NCBI RefSeq assembly: GCF_964204645.1
Contig: NC_134035.1
Location: 8,030,451 to 8,094,450 of the forward strand
Reading direction: 5' to 3'
DNA: 64,000 nucleotides
Source: Tubulanus polymorphus
Lineage: Eukaryota > Animalia > Nemertea
Under the pieces are notes generated by a model, which saw only the letters and a list, made by a program, of their open reading frames with translations, searched no databases and had not been told where the DNA came from. The position numbers and the translations under genes were made by a program. Shown here in pieces: positions 13,421 to 25,800 of this stretch (its first letter is position 1; the number at the start of each line of letters is the position of its first letter).

Positions 13421-15324
13421 ATTAGTCGGTGGCTCCGTCTATGAGGGTGTGGTGGGCATTAGAGAAATATGTAAACACAAACAGCTGTTGGGGCGTCAAT
13501 ATAGCGGTGTAACATTCCAAACATACCAATTTTTCAATAGGAAATAAATCTTGAATTCATTTTTTTTGCGAGGAACTTGTTTTGTATAGCTGTTTCCCAC
13601 TAACGTAAGATTGTGGTCACAGACAGGTCCAAAAGTGTCTTTATTAATTAGGCTCTCCTAACACAGGGGCTGATGATAAAAACCCAGGTCATGTACAATT
13701 AAAAGAATTTAAAATCGAGAATTTAAGGTGTGACAATGACCTGATGGTGTGAATCAGGTGTGACAATGATCTCTAGTGTAAGATCGAAACGTCGTGTTTT
13801 CACATTTTAGAAATAAATTCTCGATTTTAAATTATTTTAATTGAGTGTTGTTATCGTAGTAGTACTACTACAGGGGCTGAGTATCAGAGATTGATGTAAA
13901 AACGACTGTTAATCCAGTGTCTATCATGTTTACAAAATGAATAATAGTTATTTTATACATATGAATGGATTAACAGATTATCGTTTTTACATACTACAAC
14001 TCTGATACGAGCCCACCCTGTGCCCCAAAGGGGCTTAAGTTTCTCCTAAATCCATTTCTTATAAACTGAATAATTGGGAAAATTGAATGGAATTTTGCCG
14101 TTTGATAGAAACACTAATGCAGTTAGAGTAATACCACCAAACATCATCACGCAAGATAATCGAAGAAGTCACATTTCAAACTTTTATGATACCAGGTATA
14201 TTGAAAGGAAACACGTTTCAATACATTATATCATATAAAAATACGAATTGTGGGACTTCTTCGAATATCTTCAGTGTAATGCTTACACGAATTAGAGCCT
14301 TTCGACCAACTATTATCCCCAAAATGGTTGTGTTGTACCGGTATACTCAACTGTATTGGTGTAGCTTAATAGAAAATTTCACATATCAGGACAATTGGCG
14401 TGCATTTCGTGTTGTATTTGTAATCCTCTTCCTTCAACAGAAAAAAGATACAAATTCTTTAAATTTCTGCTTTTGAAAATTAGCATGTCTTATGCAAGTT
14501 GATTTTTCAAAAACATATTTGTCATGATCCATCAAATTTGAAGTCTTAAGATAATTTTAAACTGTTGATTTCTATTATAATGTACATGTATAAAAGGTGG
14601 CTGCCACTGGAATCAAATTTCAATCCATTTCCAAAGCTGCGATAACACAAGCATTTTTGGCACAGGCCAAATTTGGCACGACCAAAAACGTTGATCCAGG
14701 CCCGAGACAAATGACCCACGTTTGTGTATTGTTTAGTAATTCGAGTGAATGGTTTGCATGTGAACGCGCCTCATTGGCCAAACCGTCTCTGCGGGATCGT
14801 GGCTCAAATTATTTCGCTCTTCACAGTAAAATCTCCGAAAAACTGACACTAAGAATTCCACATTAATAATAAAAGCCTCCTTTTTATTGTAACATGATTT
14901 ATACGTATTACACACAAGATGCAAAATTTAAACGAAAAATGAAAACGCCGTCGTCTTCTTCGGATTTGTTACCGAACTTTATCTTTTTTAAACCAATAAT
15001 AAAATAATTGAGAAATGCTTGCGAGATAAATAGTATGATTTACTTACAACATACATCGGATACCTAATTCTATATTGTTTATGTACATATTGCACGAAAT
15101 CGAAATTCGAACATGAAATATATATACTGTGAAACTTGCTTCGATTGGAAAATTTGAATGTTTGCACCATCAGTCAGGCACAGTATCCCGAAAAAATAAG
15201 GCTTAAAATTTGGGTTAATTGCTAATCGGTCATTTTATGTTTGCTATGTCAACGATTGCCAAAATTCAACAGTTTTAGGCTTTAAGTATCCTAAGCCTTC
15301 GGTTTACCACCTTTAAAGCCTTAA

Positions 15325-15605
15325 CCCTTTCAGTGCGTCTACACCGCAGTACGGTGTATAAATCAGTGATAGATTTTGCTAGTACACCGCACGGCGGTGT
15401 ATTGATGTTATTAGTAATTATCTCTCTTGAAAAATGGCAGCACGTGTCAAACATAGTGAAATACTAGTAACTAACGATACACCTCACCGCAGTGTAGACG
15501 CATTATAGTGGTATTCCCGTTGTTCAACACACTATGGTAGAATTTTTTAGAATTTTCAAATTATCTCCAGCACTATAGGGTATTAATTAGTCAGCACTGA
15601 AAGGG
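15325..15605. mobile_element. piggyBac-like MITE, family A
   Basis: TTAA TSD, CCCTTTCAGTGC TIRs. Confidence 0.85.
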
Positions 15606-16241
15606 TTAAGCCGAAAACCGATTTCGTGAAACTGGACCCTACAGGTTAAAGTGAAGCTTGTTTGGAACATATCATTCGTTGGTGAGCTTATCAAAAACGT
15701 TCAAATTCAGTCAAGCACGGGTTCATAAAGCTGAATTTCGGCAGCTGAAAATCATATCGCGTTTCGGACCATACACTTGCGATGTTGAATTTGTCAGCTT
15801 TGCTCTTTATGTTGGACAAAATCCCTGTTCCAAACAGATTTGACTGAAACGGGATTTACATTTCTACGGGTCTCGCGAGGTGAAATATTCAGCAAAGACT
15901 TGGAACTATCCAGACTTTCACCTCCACTGATAGCTCCAATCTGCAAAAGATCTGAGCAAAGCAATTTGAGAATTTCAATACAGCGGACTCCACTTGACTT
16001 ATTGGTACCGGTAACAGCAGAAGAGCTGTCGATATCTTTACTCGACCGAGAAGTTCAGAATCAGAGAAATTGAAAATTTTTTTTGAAATTCACTGGCTTT
16101 AGAGTAATTTTCTCAATCTTTTGAGTTGGACTTTCTGGTACCGAACTCAGTGACGAGTCTGCTGTATAATACTTCACACTACGTACGGTATATAAGTTGT
16201 CACTATTTTCAGTCCCAATTTGTATCTCTTGATTCAATTTA

Positions 16242-16386
16242 CAGTAGAACTCGCTGAATTTGGATTTTTCTATGTAGATTTTCGCTTAATTTGCATGAAA
16301 TATTTGGTCCATTTAACCCAAAATCATGTAAACTATTATTCATAATTGGGCAGTCCCTAGTCATCCGAATTATTTGAGTTCTACTG
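16242..16386. mobile_element. Tc1/mariner-pogo-like MITE
   Basis: TA-CAGTAGAACTC...GAGTTCTACTG-TA; similar ends near 12660, 33886, 44770 and 46349. Confidence 0.7.
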
Positions 16387-16870
16387 TACTAAATGTAAGT
16401 CATCATTTGATATAAGTAGTCAACATAAAGATGGTGCTTTGACTGTACATACTAACACAGCCATACAATAAATACCGGAAGCATGAATGAAATATATATA
16501 TATATATATATAATTGGCAGATTGGTAAAGGTTTACAAATTGATACTTCAACAAGTTTAACAGTTTATATCAGGGGTCAGTTGGTTAACCAAATGGATAA
16601 CTTCATAAAGTGACAATTAAAACTGCATTATTACCATGGAATTTACTGGATCGGGTTAACTTAAACCAAATTATGAGAAACGCAACTGGTCCCTGCTGTA
16701 GCTTTACCGGTTATATCAACGATTAATTATTATGTACATCTATTACATCATGACGATAAGATTTCCAACACACGCACACAAGCACAAACTATCAGCAGAT
16801 CGATTTCACTACGCAGATACTATCCAGCACCATCCTGTACTCATAGAATACCAGTTACCAGGTACTAAAA

Positions 16871-19800
16871 CTATGAGACGGCTGTCCGAGAATTCGCAGT
16901 CATCGATTTGTGGTGTTTACCAGGTCTGAAAAAGAGAGGAAATCTGGACACTTAAGACTCAAGAAGGAACAGAACTCAATAGAATACACACGAATCTGTT
17001 CACTTACACCCGGGATGCATTTTGCCGCAGATTGCCGTGATTGTTCGGTTGATTTTCCTTCATTGAAACTGATCTAAAAATGATTTTATCGATAAATATT
17101 ATTCAACAAGCATCAGTGAATTCTATATCCTGAAATCACTTAATCGTCAATTTATGATTGGTTTGAAACAAACTTTTCGAATACAAACATGTATTCAATT
17201 ATTACGATTCTCAATTCGTCATTTTTCCATGAACAACCGCTGAGCAGCAAATCGGTTTTACTTGTAGCCAGGACGGTGTTTTTTTTTTGTAAATCACTTA
17301 TTGCACAAATCCCCTGAGTTTTGCCTGATTTTCCCATATGATTACACAAAATTCCCAGAGTGAATCAGAGAAATTTCTAGGTTTAGAATGTTACAATTCA
17401 TTCATTTTTCATCGTATCACGTGCTGATAAAGAAACAAATTCCAGAGTTTTCCAGGTTTTTGGTAAAATGTCAAATTCCCTGAGTTTTTCAAGATTTTTC
17501 TGAACCAGAATTTTCCAGGTCAGTGGTCTCCCTGACGGAAAAACATAGCTGTTAGAGCTCTGAATAAACTGACTCAATGGCTTCACAGTAGATTGATTGT
17601 AACCCTCACCTTTTATGGCTATTATCAGTTTTTCGCGCTTGCGCTGCCTTTGTTAGAGCCATATAACTCGGTTTTGATGCAGCAACCCCGCCAGCGCCAC
17701 CCACGTTATCACCACCAATTCGACCGGTTTTACTTTTCAACAGCGAACGTTGCGACAAACTCGGAATTCCGAATTTCTCCAGATACGTCTGCCTCGAAGG
17801 AGCAGAAACCGCTGTTGTCGTCTTCTTATGGTAAAGGCTTACGCGTTTCGGTTCTGGTCCAGGCGCCGTTCCTCGATGGTTAGTATTGTGATTATTTGAT
17901 ACTCGCGACGCGGCTATCGTCTGGCGACGTTGATTCGCCGCCGCCACGTGTTCGGCGAGGCGTCGTTTCCCCGGTGATAATCGAGGTAGATTCAAACGAT
18001 CTAACACTGAATCGCGGTCGTCGTCTACGTTTAAGTCTAGATTTTGGATTTCCTTCAGATTTCCACGTTTCGCAGTAGTTGGCGTTTTTTCCTTCGTAGC
18101 CGGTGAAATTTCATTGAATTTTAGTCTCAATTCAGCTTTCCTGAAAGTACATATGAGTAGTAATTTGTCAGGCAATTTTTTCATTAATCTTACAATGGCA
18201 ACAACTAGTTGTCCAGGTACGCCACGCCTACTTGATAAAATGCTGGACAATCTGACTATTTCAATGTCTACTGGGGCTAGTTTCATAAAGCAAAATCATG
18301 ATTAGTTACATACCGGTATTACTTTTCAAGGATGGATTTTGTCGCTGTTATGATTTTGTTGTGGATTTATCGATCATTGACTCTCTACCAAAAATCTATT
18401 CCAACACTTACGTTTTGCTCGTTGAGTTTTCCTCACTGAATGAACTATCGGTTAACGGAACGGCGAGCGGGGGCGACTTGACCGCGTCGGCGTACGACAT
18501 CGTCCGCATCGCTGGCACCGGTTTCACGTGAAATTCATCGGACGACGACGATTTACTTTTAATGTACGTTCCCGGACAAATGCTGACCATTTTCCGTATC
18601 GGACGTTGAGACACGACGGGAGTCACGGGTGCTTCCTCGGGAATACCCTCTTCGTTGATCGTAAAAGTGTCATTCTGCGACGGAGAGTCGCTACAAACGT
18701 CTACGTTATTCACGGCGGCGACGCTAACGGGTGAACTCGTAGTAACCGCGCTTTTAATTGTCACGGTCGCGTCGCGACACGGAGTCCGAACTGAGTCGAC
18801 GACGGCATTCTCGTCGATTTTCTCCTGTGTCGTTTCCATTAGATTCAAGTTCATTTTCGGAACGGGAGTGCGCCCGGCGTAATTGACTCGTCTATTTTCA
18901 GCCGCCGGCGTTCTTTGAACGGTCGCAATTGGCGACAAGTTGCTCTCCTCAAAATGTTCAGCTAAACTACGTCTTCTAGTCGGGTTTTCCGTTTTTGCTA
19001 AAAATTAAAAATCACTTCGTTTGACCATGTTTTAGTAGGTAAAGATGTTAGTTTACTAGCCTAGGTTACTTGGTCGCAAAATTATGGTCGATTTTCAGTA
19101 ATGGGCAGTGGTGGAAATAGTTTTGAAAAATCACCATATTTCAAGGGTACAGAATAACTGAGGGTTGACTAAATAATCAAGGGTACAGAATAACCAAGGG
19201 TTGACTGTATAATCATCAAGGGTACAGATAACTGAGGGTTGACTGTATAATCAAGGGTACAGATAACCGAGAGTTGACTGTATAATCAAGGGTACAGATA
19301 ACCAAGGGTTGACTGAATAATCAATGGTACAGAATAACCGAGGGTTGACTGTATAATCAAGGGTACAGAATAACCGAGGGTTGACTGTATAATCATCAAG
19401 GGTACAGAACAAGAAGCCTGCCGGCTTATATAGCTCCGCTGTCTTTGTTGTGGCTTGGAGCATAGACTATCACATCAGTATCTATTTGAAACTAGATGTT
19501 CAGGGACATTATAGCCACTTGGAGAAGGGCCACAATACCAATAATCATACTAACATACTCTAAACTGACAAACTGGAGGAGTAGCGATTGAAAGGAAAAT
19601 CTAAAAAAGGCCTAATTTGCATAATTTATGCAAAATCAAAAATATGGCTCTATACTTTTGTAGGCACTCCCCAATAGATCATTCATATGAAGTTTGGTTG
19701 AAATCTACTGAAAACTGGAGTAGAAGTAGCAATTTAAGTGAAAATCTAAAAATAGCCCTAATTTGCATAATTTATGCAAAATCAAAAGTATGGCTCTATA

Positions 19801-22800
19801 CTTTTGTAGGCACTCCCCCATACATCATTCGTACCAAGTTTGGTTGATATATACTGAAAACTGAAGTAGAAGTAGCGATTTAAGTGAAAATCTAAAAATA
19901 GCCCTAATTTGCATAATTTATGCAAAATCAAAAATATGGCTCTGTGCTTTTGTAGGCACTCCCCCATAGATCATTCATACCAAGTTTGATTGAAATCCGC
20001 TGAAAATCGATGGAGGAGTAGCGATTTAAGTGAAAATCTAAAAATAGCCCTAATTTGCATAATTTATGCAAAATCAAAATTATGGCTCTGTACTTTTGTA
20101 GGCACTCCCCCATAGATCATTCATACCAAGTTTCATCAAGATCCCATCAGAACTGTAGGACTAGTAGGGATATAAAGAAAAAGTTGATGCCGGACACCGA
20201 ACACCGGACGGACGGACGACGACAACGAACCCCCTAACCCATCAGCTCCGCTGACCTTCGGTCACAGCGGAGCTAATAACCGAGGGTTGACTGTATAATC
20301 ATGAAGGGTACAAAATAACTGAGGGTTGACTGTATATTCAAGGGTACAGATAACCGAGGGTTGACTGTATAATCGAGGGTACAGATAACCAAGGGTTGAC
20401 TGTATAATCAAGGGTACAGAATAACCAAGGGTTGACTGTATAATCAAGGGTACAGATAACCAAGGGTTAACTGTATAATAATCAAGGGTACAGATAACCG
20501 AGGGTTGACTGTATAATCAAGGGTACAGATAACCGAGGGTTAACTGTATAATAATCAAGGGTACAGATAACCGAGGGTTGACTGTATAATCAAGGGTACA
20601 GATAACCGAGGGTTAACTGTATAATAATCAAGGGTACAGATAACCGAGGGTTGACTGTATAATCAAGGGTACAGATAACCGAGGGTTGACTGTATAATCA
20701 AGGGTACAGATAACCAAGGGTTGACTGCATAATCAAGGGTTCAGATAACCAAGGGTTGACTGTAAAATCAAGGGTACAGAATAACCAAGGGTTGACTCTA
20801 TAATCAAGGGTACAGATAACCAAGGGTTGACTGTATAATCAAGGGTACAGATAACCAAGGGTTGACTGTATAATCAAGGGTTCAGATAACCAAGGGTTGA
20901 CTGTAAAATCAAGGGTACAGAATAACCAAGGGTTGACTCTATAATCAAGGGTACAGATAACCAAGGGTTGACTGTATAATCAAGGGTACAGAATAACCAG
21001 GGGTTGACTGTACAATCAAGGGTACAGATAACCGAGGGTTAACTGTATAATAATCAAGGGTACAGATAACCGAGGGTTGACTGTATAATCAAGGGTACAG
21101 ATAACCGAGGGTTAACTGTATAATAATCAAGGGTACAGATAACCGAGGGTTGACTGTATAATCAAGGGTACAGATAACCGAGGGTTAACTGTATAATAAT
21201 CAAGGGTACAGATAACCGAGGGTTGACTGTATAATAATCAAGGGTACAGATAACCGAGGGTTGACTGTATAATCAAGGGTACAGATAATCGAGGGTTAAC
21301 TATATAATAATCAAGGGTACAGATAACCGAGGGTTGACTGTATAATCAAGGGTACAGATAACCGAGGGTTGACTGTATAATCAAGGGTACAGATAACCAA
21401 GGGTTGACTGCATAATGTTCCTTACGATTATAGACTATCGGCGAACAGATGACGTGAGCCGGAAAGTCAAGCACTTCTTGAATATCGAATCCTCGATGAA
21501 CCGACGACGACCTCTTACGATCATCCCACACGATCTCACGCGATCCGAGCACGAGGTTCTCGCACGAGTTGTAGTCGGCGACGACGTCTGCTGTAGCCAA
21601 ACCGGCTCCTTTCATCAGGTAGTACTGTTTCTTGACCGTACGCATCAGAGTGACCACCAGTCTGCATTAGACGAAAACAACAATAGCAAATAAATATAAG
21701 GAAATGAATATCTGCTTCCAACGAGACCCAGACAATTTTCTCATAACATGGTATATGGATTATTGATGTGAGGATGAGCCCTATTGTGGCGTGGTATTCT
21801 TAGAATTCCATGTTTTTGAAGGGATTCAAGTAAATTCGTGCGCAGCAATATATTAGAACCCGTCAAAAATTGCTTCCAACACACCAGCCGATTCGTGTAC
21901 CTCGGATAACATTGGTCCGGCGAGATTCGAGGCGAACTAAGTCTACTGTAATTGGTACGCGTTACAGAGTTCACTGTATATTGACCATATATGGAACCTT
22001 TTTTATTTGTAAAATATTTGAGGTTGTACGTAACATTCACTTAAGCAAATGGAATACAGAATGCACCAGATAATTCAAACTTGACAAAAATGCATAATTT
22101 CCAATTTTTGGGCTATGATCTTCTAGCTTTTTGATTGGTATCAGTCAGATTTTTAGTTCACCACTCCTCAATGAATCGTTCCGTCAATTTCACTTCAGTC
22201 TTAGTTTATCAAAAACTATTTTCATTTTCAAACAGCGGGAAAATTGTGTGTGGCACAAAGTGAAAGTGAGGTACCAGGATTTAATCCCACCTATGACATA
22301 AAACCAAGTGGTTGATCAAGGCAGGTTGGCTTCATTTTACGTTCAGGTATTCAAATTGAAGAACAGCAATACCTAACTCGATTAAAAACTCTCAGCCAAT
22401 GTTATCAGGTTCGTAGATTATGCAATTCCGGAATATGTAGAGTGTATTCAGATTGAAACAAATGCACCTGAAGAGAATTCCAGAATCAGTAGGTAGCAAT
22501 AATTGAAACTTGCAATTATCTAGTATTTCAATACTAGACTCACGTACGGGAGCCCAATACATTTACTAATTTACACCCATTGCATCCATCCTTTGAATAA
22601 GAAATGTGAAAATTGCATGTGCTAACGCCAAATTCAATACATATATCTTCTAATTCATGTAAAGATAACAAGATTAGAAAAGTTCTGATTTTGTCGAAAA
22701 TTCAAGACTTCAGAAATGATAAAGCTACTGGAATAGCACTTTCAACTTGCTCAAGTGTGCACTTGCGAGCAAAAATCAATTGAACATGTGGAGCCTACAA

Positions 22801-25800
22801 CTATTGAGTTATCTTTTACATAAAAATTTGCATACATTCTCTTCACCGGGAATCAAGCATTTTTTCCAATTTAGAATGGAAAAGACTTTAAATGTATTTG
22901 AACCCCTAATAAACACAGATCGCTGCACTGTAATGTACTTGTTCCAGTTTCTGTAAGGAAATATTTAGCGCACTGTTACATAAAATATCAAAATAATCAA
23001 AATGTGGTCTGATAAATGTTTGATATATTGTGTTTAAATAACATAATAGCTTTTGATTATTCTTGAATGAGATTAAAGTGGATTTATTACTTGCTACATA
23101 AACATTAAATTCAAGACGATAATCTTAAAATAAATGCCAAGATCCTCATGCACAGTTGGGTTATATGAAATCGGATTTAGGGGATCAATAGGCATAAAAG
23201 TAGATGTATCATCAGCATAACGATACACTTTGGAGTCAAGTGTTCCAGTTAAGTCATTTATCTATAATATAAGTATTAGCAGGCCTAAAATTGACCCCTG
23301 CAAAAGACCACAATGAACAAAATCATCGTTAAGGCTGGCTTATGTCGACAAGCAACGCGACGTCTACCAACTACTACCGACGTAACCGAGAGCAACTGCG
23401 ATCGCAGCCCAGCTTATGTCGACTGCGCTCCGATTCCCAGCAACTGAGGCCCTCTAGCGGGATACCAGATCCGAAAGCAACTGTCCGCCTACCATAGGCC
23501 AGAGTAGAACATGGGCAACTAGCCAGATCCGTCTTGCGACGAGTCGGTAGGCATCGGGTTGCTGTCGCATGCCAGCTTATGACGAACCGATAAAGCAACA
23601 ACTGGTGGCCTCTCGTAGGCCGCTAATCGGTGATAAACCCATTTGCGTCGGTAGGCCTCGCGTTGCTTGCCGTCATAAGCCAGACATTAGACTTGCTAGA
23701 GCCATATCATTTATATGCGCTTGTATTTTCCTATTACAAATATAACTCTTCAAAAAGTTAAGCCGTGTCTAAGAAAGATAAATCCAATTCGGACTGTGTT
23801 AAAAGAGCGAACCAGGCCGTTTCAAATTTTGAAAATGGCATATTCTGTTTGTGTGTGTGTGGACATAAACTGGCACCAGGGGCCACCAGTTGCACAGTCG
23901 TGACTTAAGTCCAAAAGTGGTCTTAAATCTTAAGACTGTTCTTAAGTTGTTAGATTAGCTATAGGACTAAGGTCTTGGTCTTAGACTGGTCTTAAGTCTA
24001 AGCCATAACTATGCAACCGGCCCCAGGTGCGTTCTAAATCATACTCTGCAGTATGAATTCAACTGTAATATACACGTCTCCAATTCGTCATCAACCAGAT
24101 CGATTTAGTTTTCACATATCATGTCATTTCTATATTGCCTAACAAATTATGTTTAGGCTAATGGAATATTGTTCATCATAAAAGCTGTCCATTGCATTTT
24201 GTACGTTTTAAGTTTTCAACAAACGATACAACGTATTTCTGAATTGCTTGTTTACGATTGTATAAATAATAAAATTCACACTTGAATTGAGGACTTGCGT
24301 AAAAGAGTATATTTTAGGAAACATGTTAACATAAGTTCTATCCGTCGCCATCCGACCGATTGAACCGGGCAGTTCTAGAATCGAGAATATAATGCTCATC
24401 GTAAGCACCATCTTAGTGGCTTTCATTTGATTTTGAGATGGCGCAATCGTAGAAGCCGTTAGAGCCTTGCGTTGCTTGTCTTTTACGACCAAAACGATAA
24501 TGAGAGCTATGTTTGCCGCGAAAACTAAGATACTTGGAATGATAATGCGGATGGACGGGTCTATGTATAGGCGAAATATCTTGTAAATTGTTTTATCATA
24601 CTCAGGGATGTAAAGTGCGTAATGGACAATACGTAAATCTTGATAACGATCTTGTCTTTTGACCCGGTTGAAAATTGGCACGTAAGTGTATAGCGACAAC
24701 GATAGTGTATACGTAATGATGACCAGTGGCAAAAGGCTGCGTTTAACGTGCAGCGGGAAAATGATAGTTACCAATCGTTCGCATTGTATTATGACAGTGA
24801 AATAATTCCTAGACATCAAAGAACCCAAGTTCAATGCCGTTCCCCATATATTCATGTACGGCGAAATATGTGCTTTAGGGAATTTCATGACAGAATTCGT
24901 GCCGTATCGTGCGTACTGAACGTAAAAACGTGCCGGGCCGTAAATAAACTTCGTCAATAAGTACATGATGTCGCTCAGCGCGAGGTATCTCAGTAAATCG
25001 AAGCAGCGGTTTCTAGTTTTCAGTTTACGTAGAACAACGACAACCAACACGTTTAAGGTAACACCGACTGCGACTAGTGGAGGTATAAGAAACGCCTCCC
25101 GGATCCATGTAAACGGCGCCGATTGTTTATAAACGTATATTGACGTTTCATTCATTCTTTCGATTTCTAATCAGCACCACACACAACACGTACGGATGCA
25201 CGATACATTTACAAATTTATGTCCATTGTTTCCTTTGAGCCAGAAACCGTTTCCACGTGTGAACACCAAATTTAATATTCTTCGTATGTCATCTTATTGT
25301 TGAGTTGAAGAATGGCAGCTAAGTTTTGATTTTTACCAGAGAAAATGAGAGAATGCAGAAATGATATTCGCGGCGGTAGTGAGTGGTCCATTATATGAAA
25401 AGGCTACATCGTCATTGTGAATACCACTAATCAAATTCAATACACTCGACAATTGCTGCTTGTGCGTGAGAAATATAGACATACATCTATATATATCCAA
25501 AGTTCTATCAGTAACAAACTGAATTTACACCAGTAACATTTCATTGAAATATGAAAGAAAATCTTCAAATTAAGTTAAGCAGCAGATCACATGGAAGCCC
25601 GAGAACCAATATATCTGAAAAAAATAATTTCTTTCAAATCAGGCAACGTTACTAACACACTGTAGACCAAAGGTTCAACCTCTGCGCGGGGACTTGATTT
25701 TTCCAATTAACTACAATTAACTACATGTTTGTTTGCTTCCATAGTTGTTACCCGCAGCCTCCACAGGCACTGGACAGCTTCAGCAGATCTCCATGGGCAC

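Noticed and set aside
17606-18938. 226-aa and 176-aa ORFs as independent genes
   Set aside because: They are internal exons of the KIF18A tail with valid splice sites.
19141-21414. CRISPR-like regular ~35-bp repeats
   Set aside because: Units are head-to-tail with no unique spacers, there are no cas genes, and the context is a eukaryotic intron.
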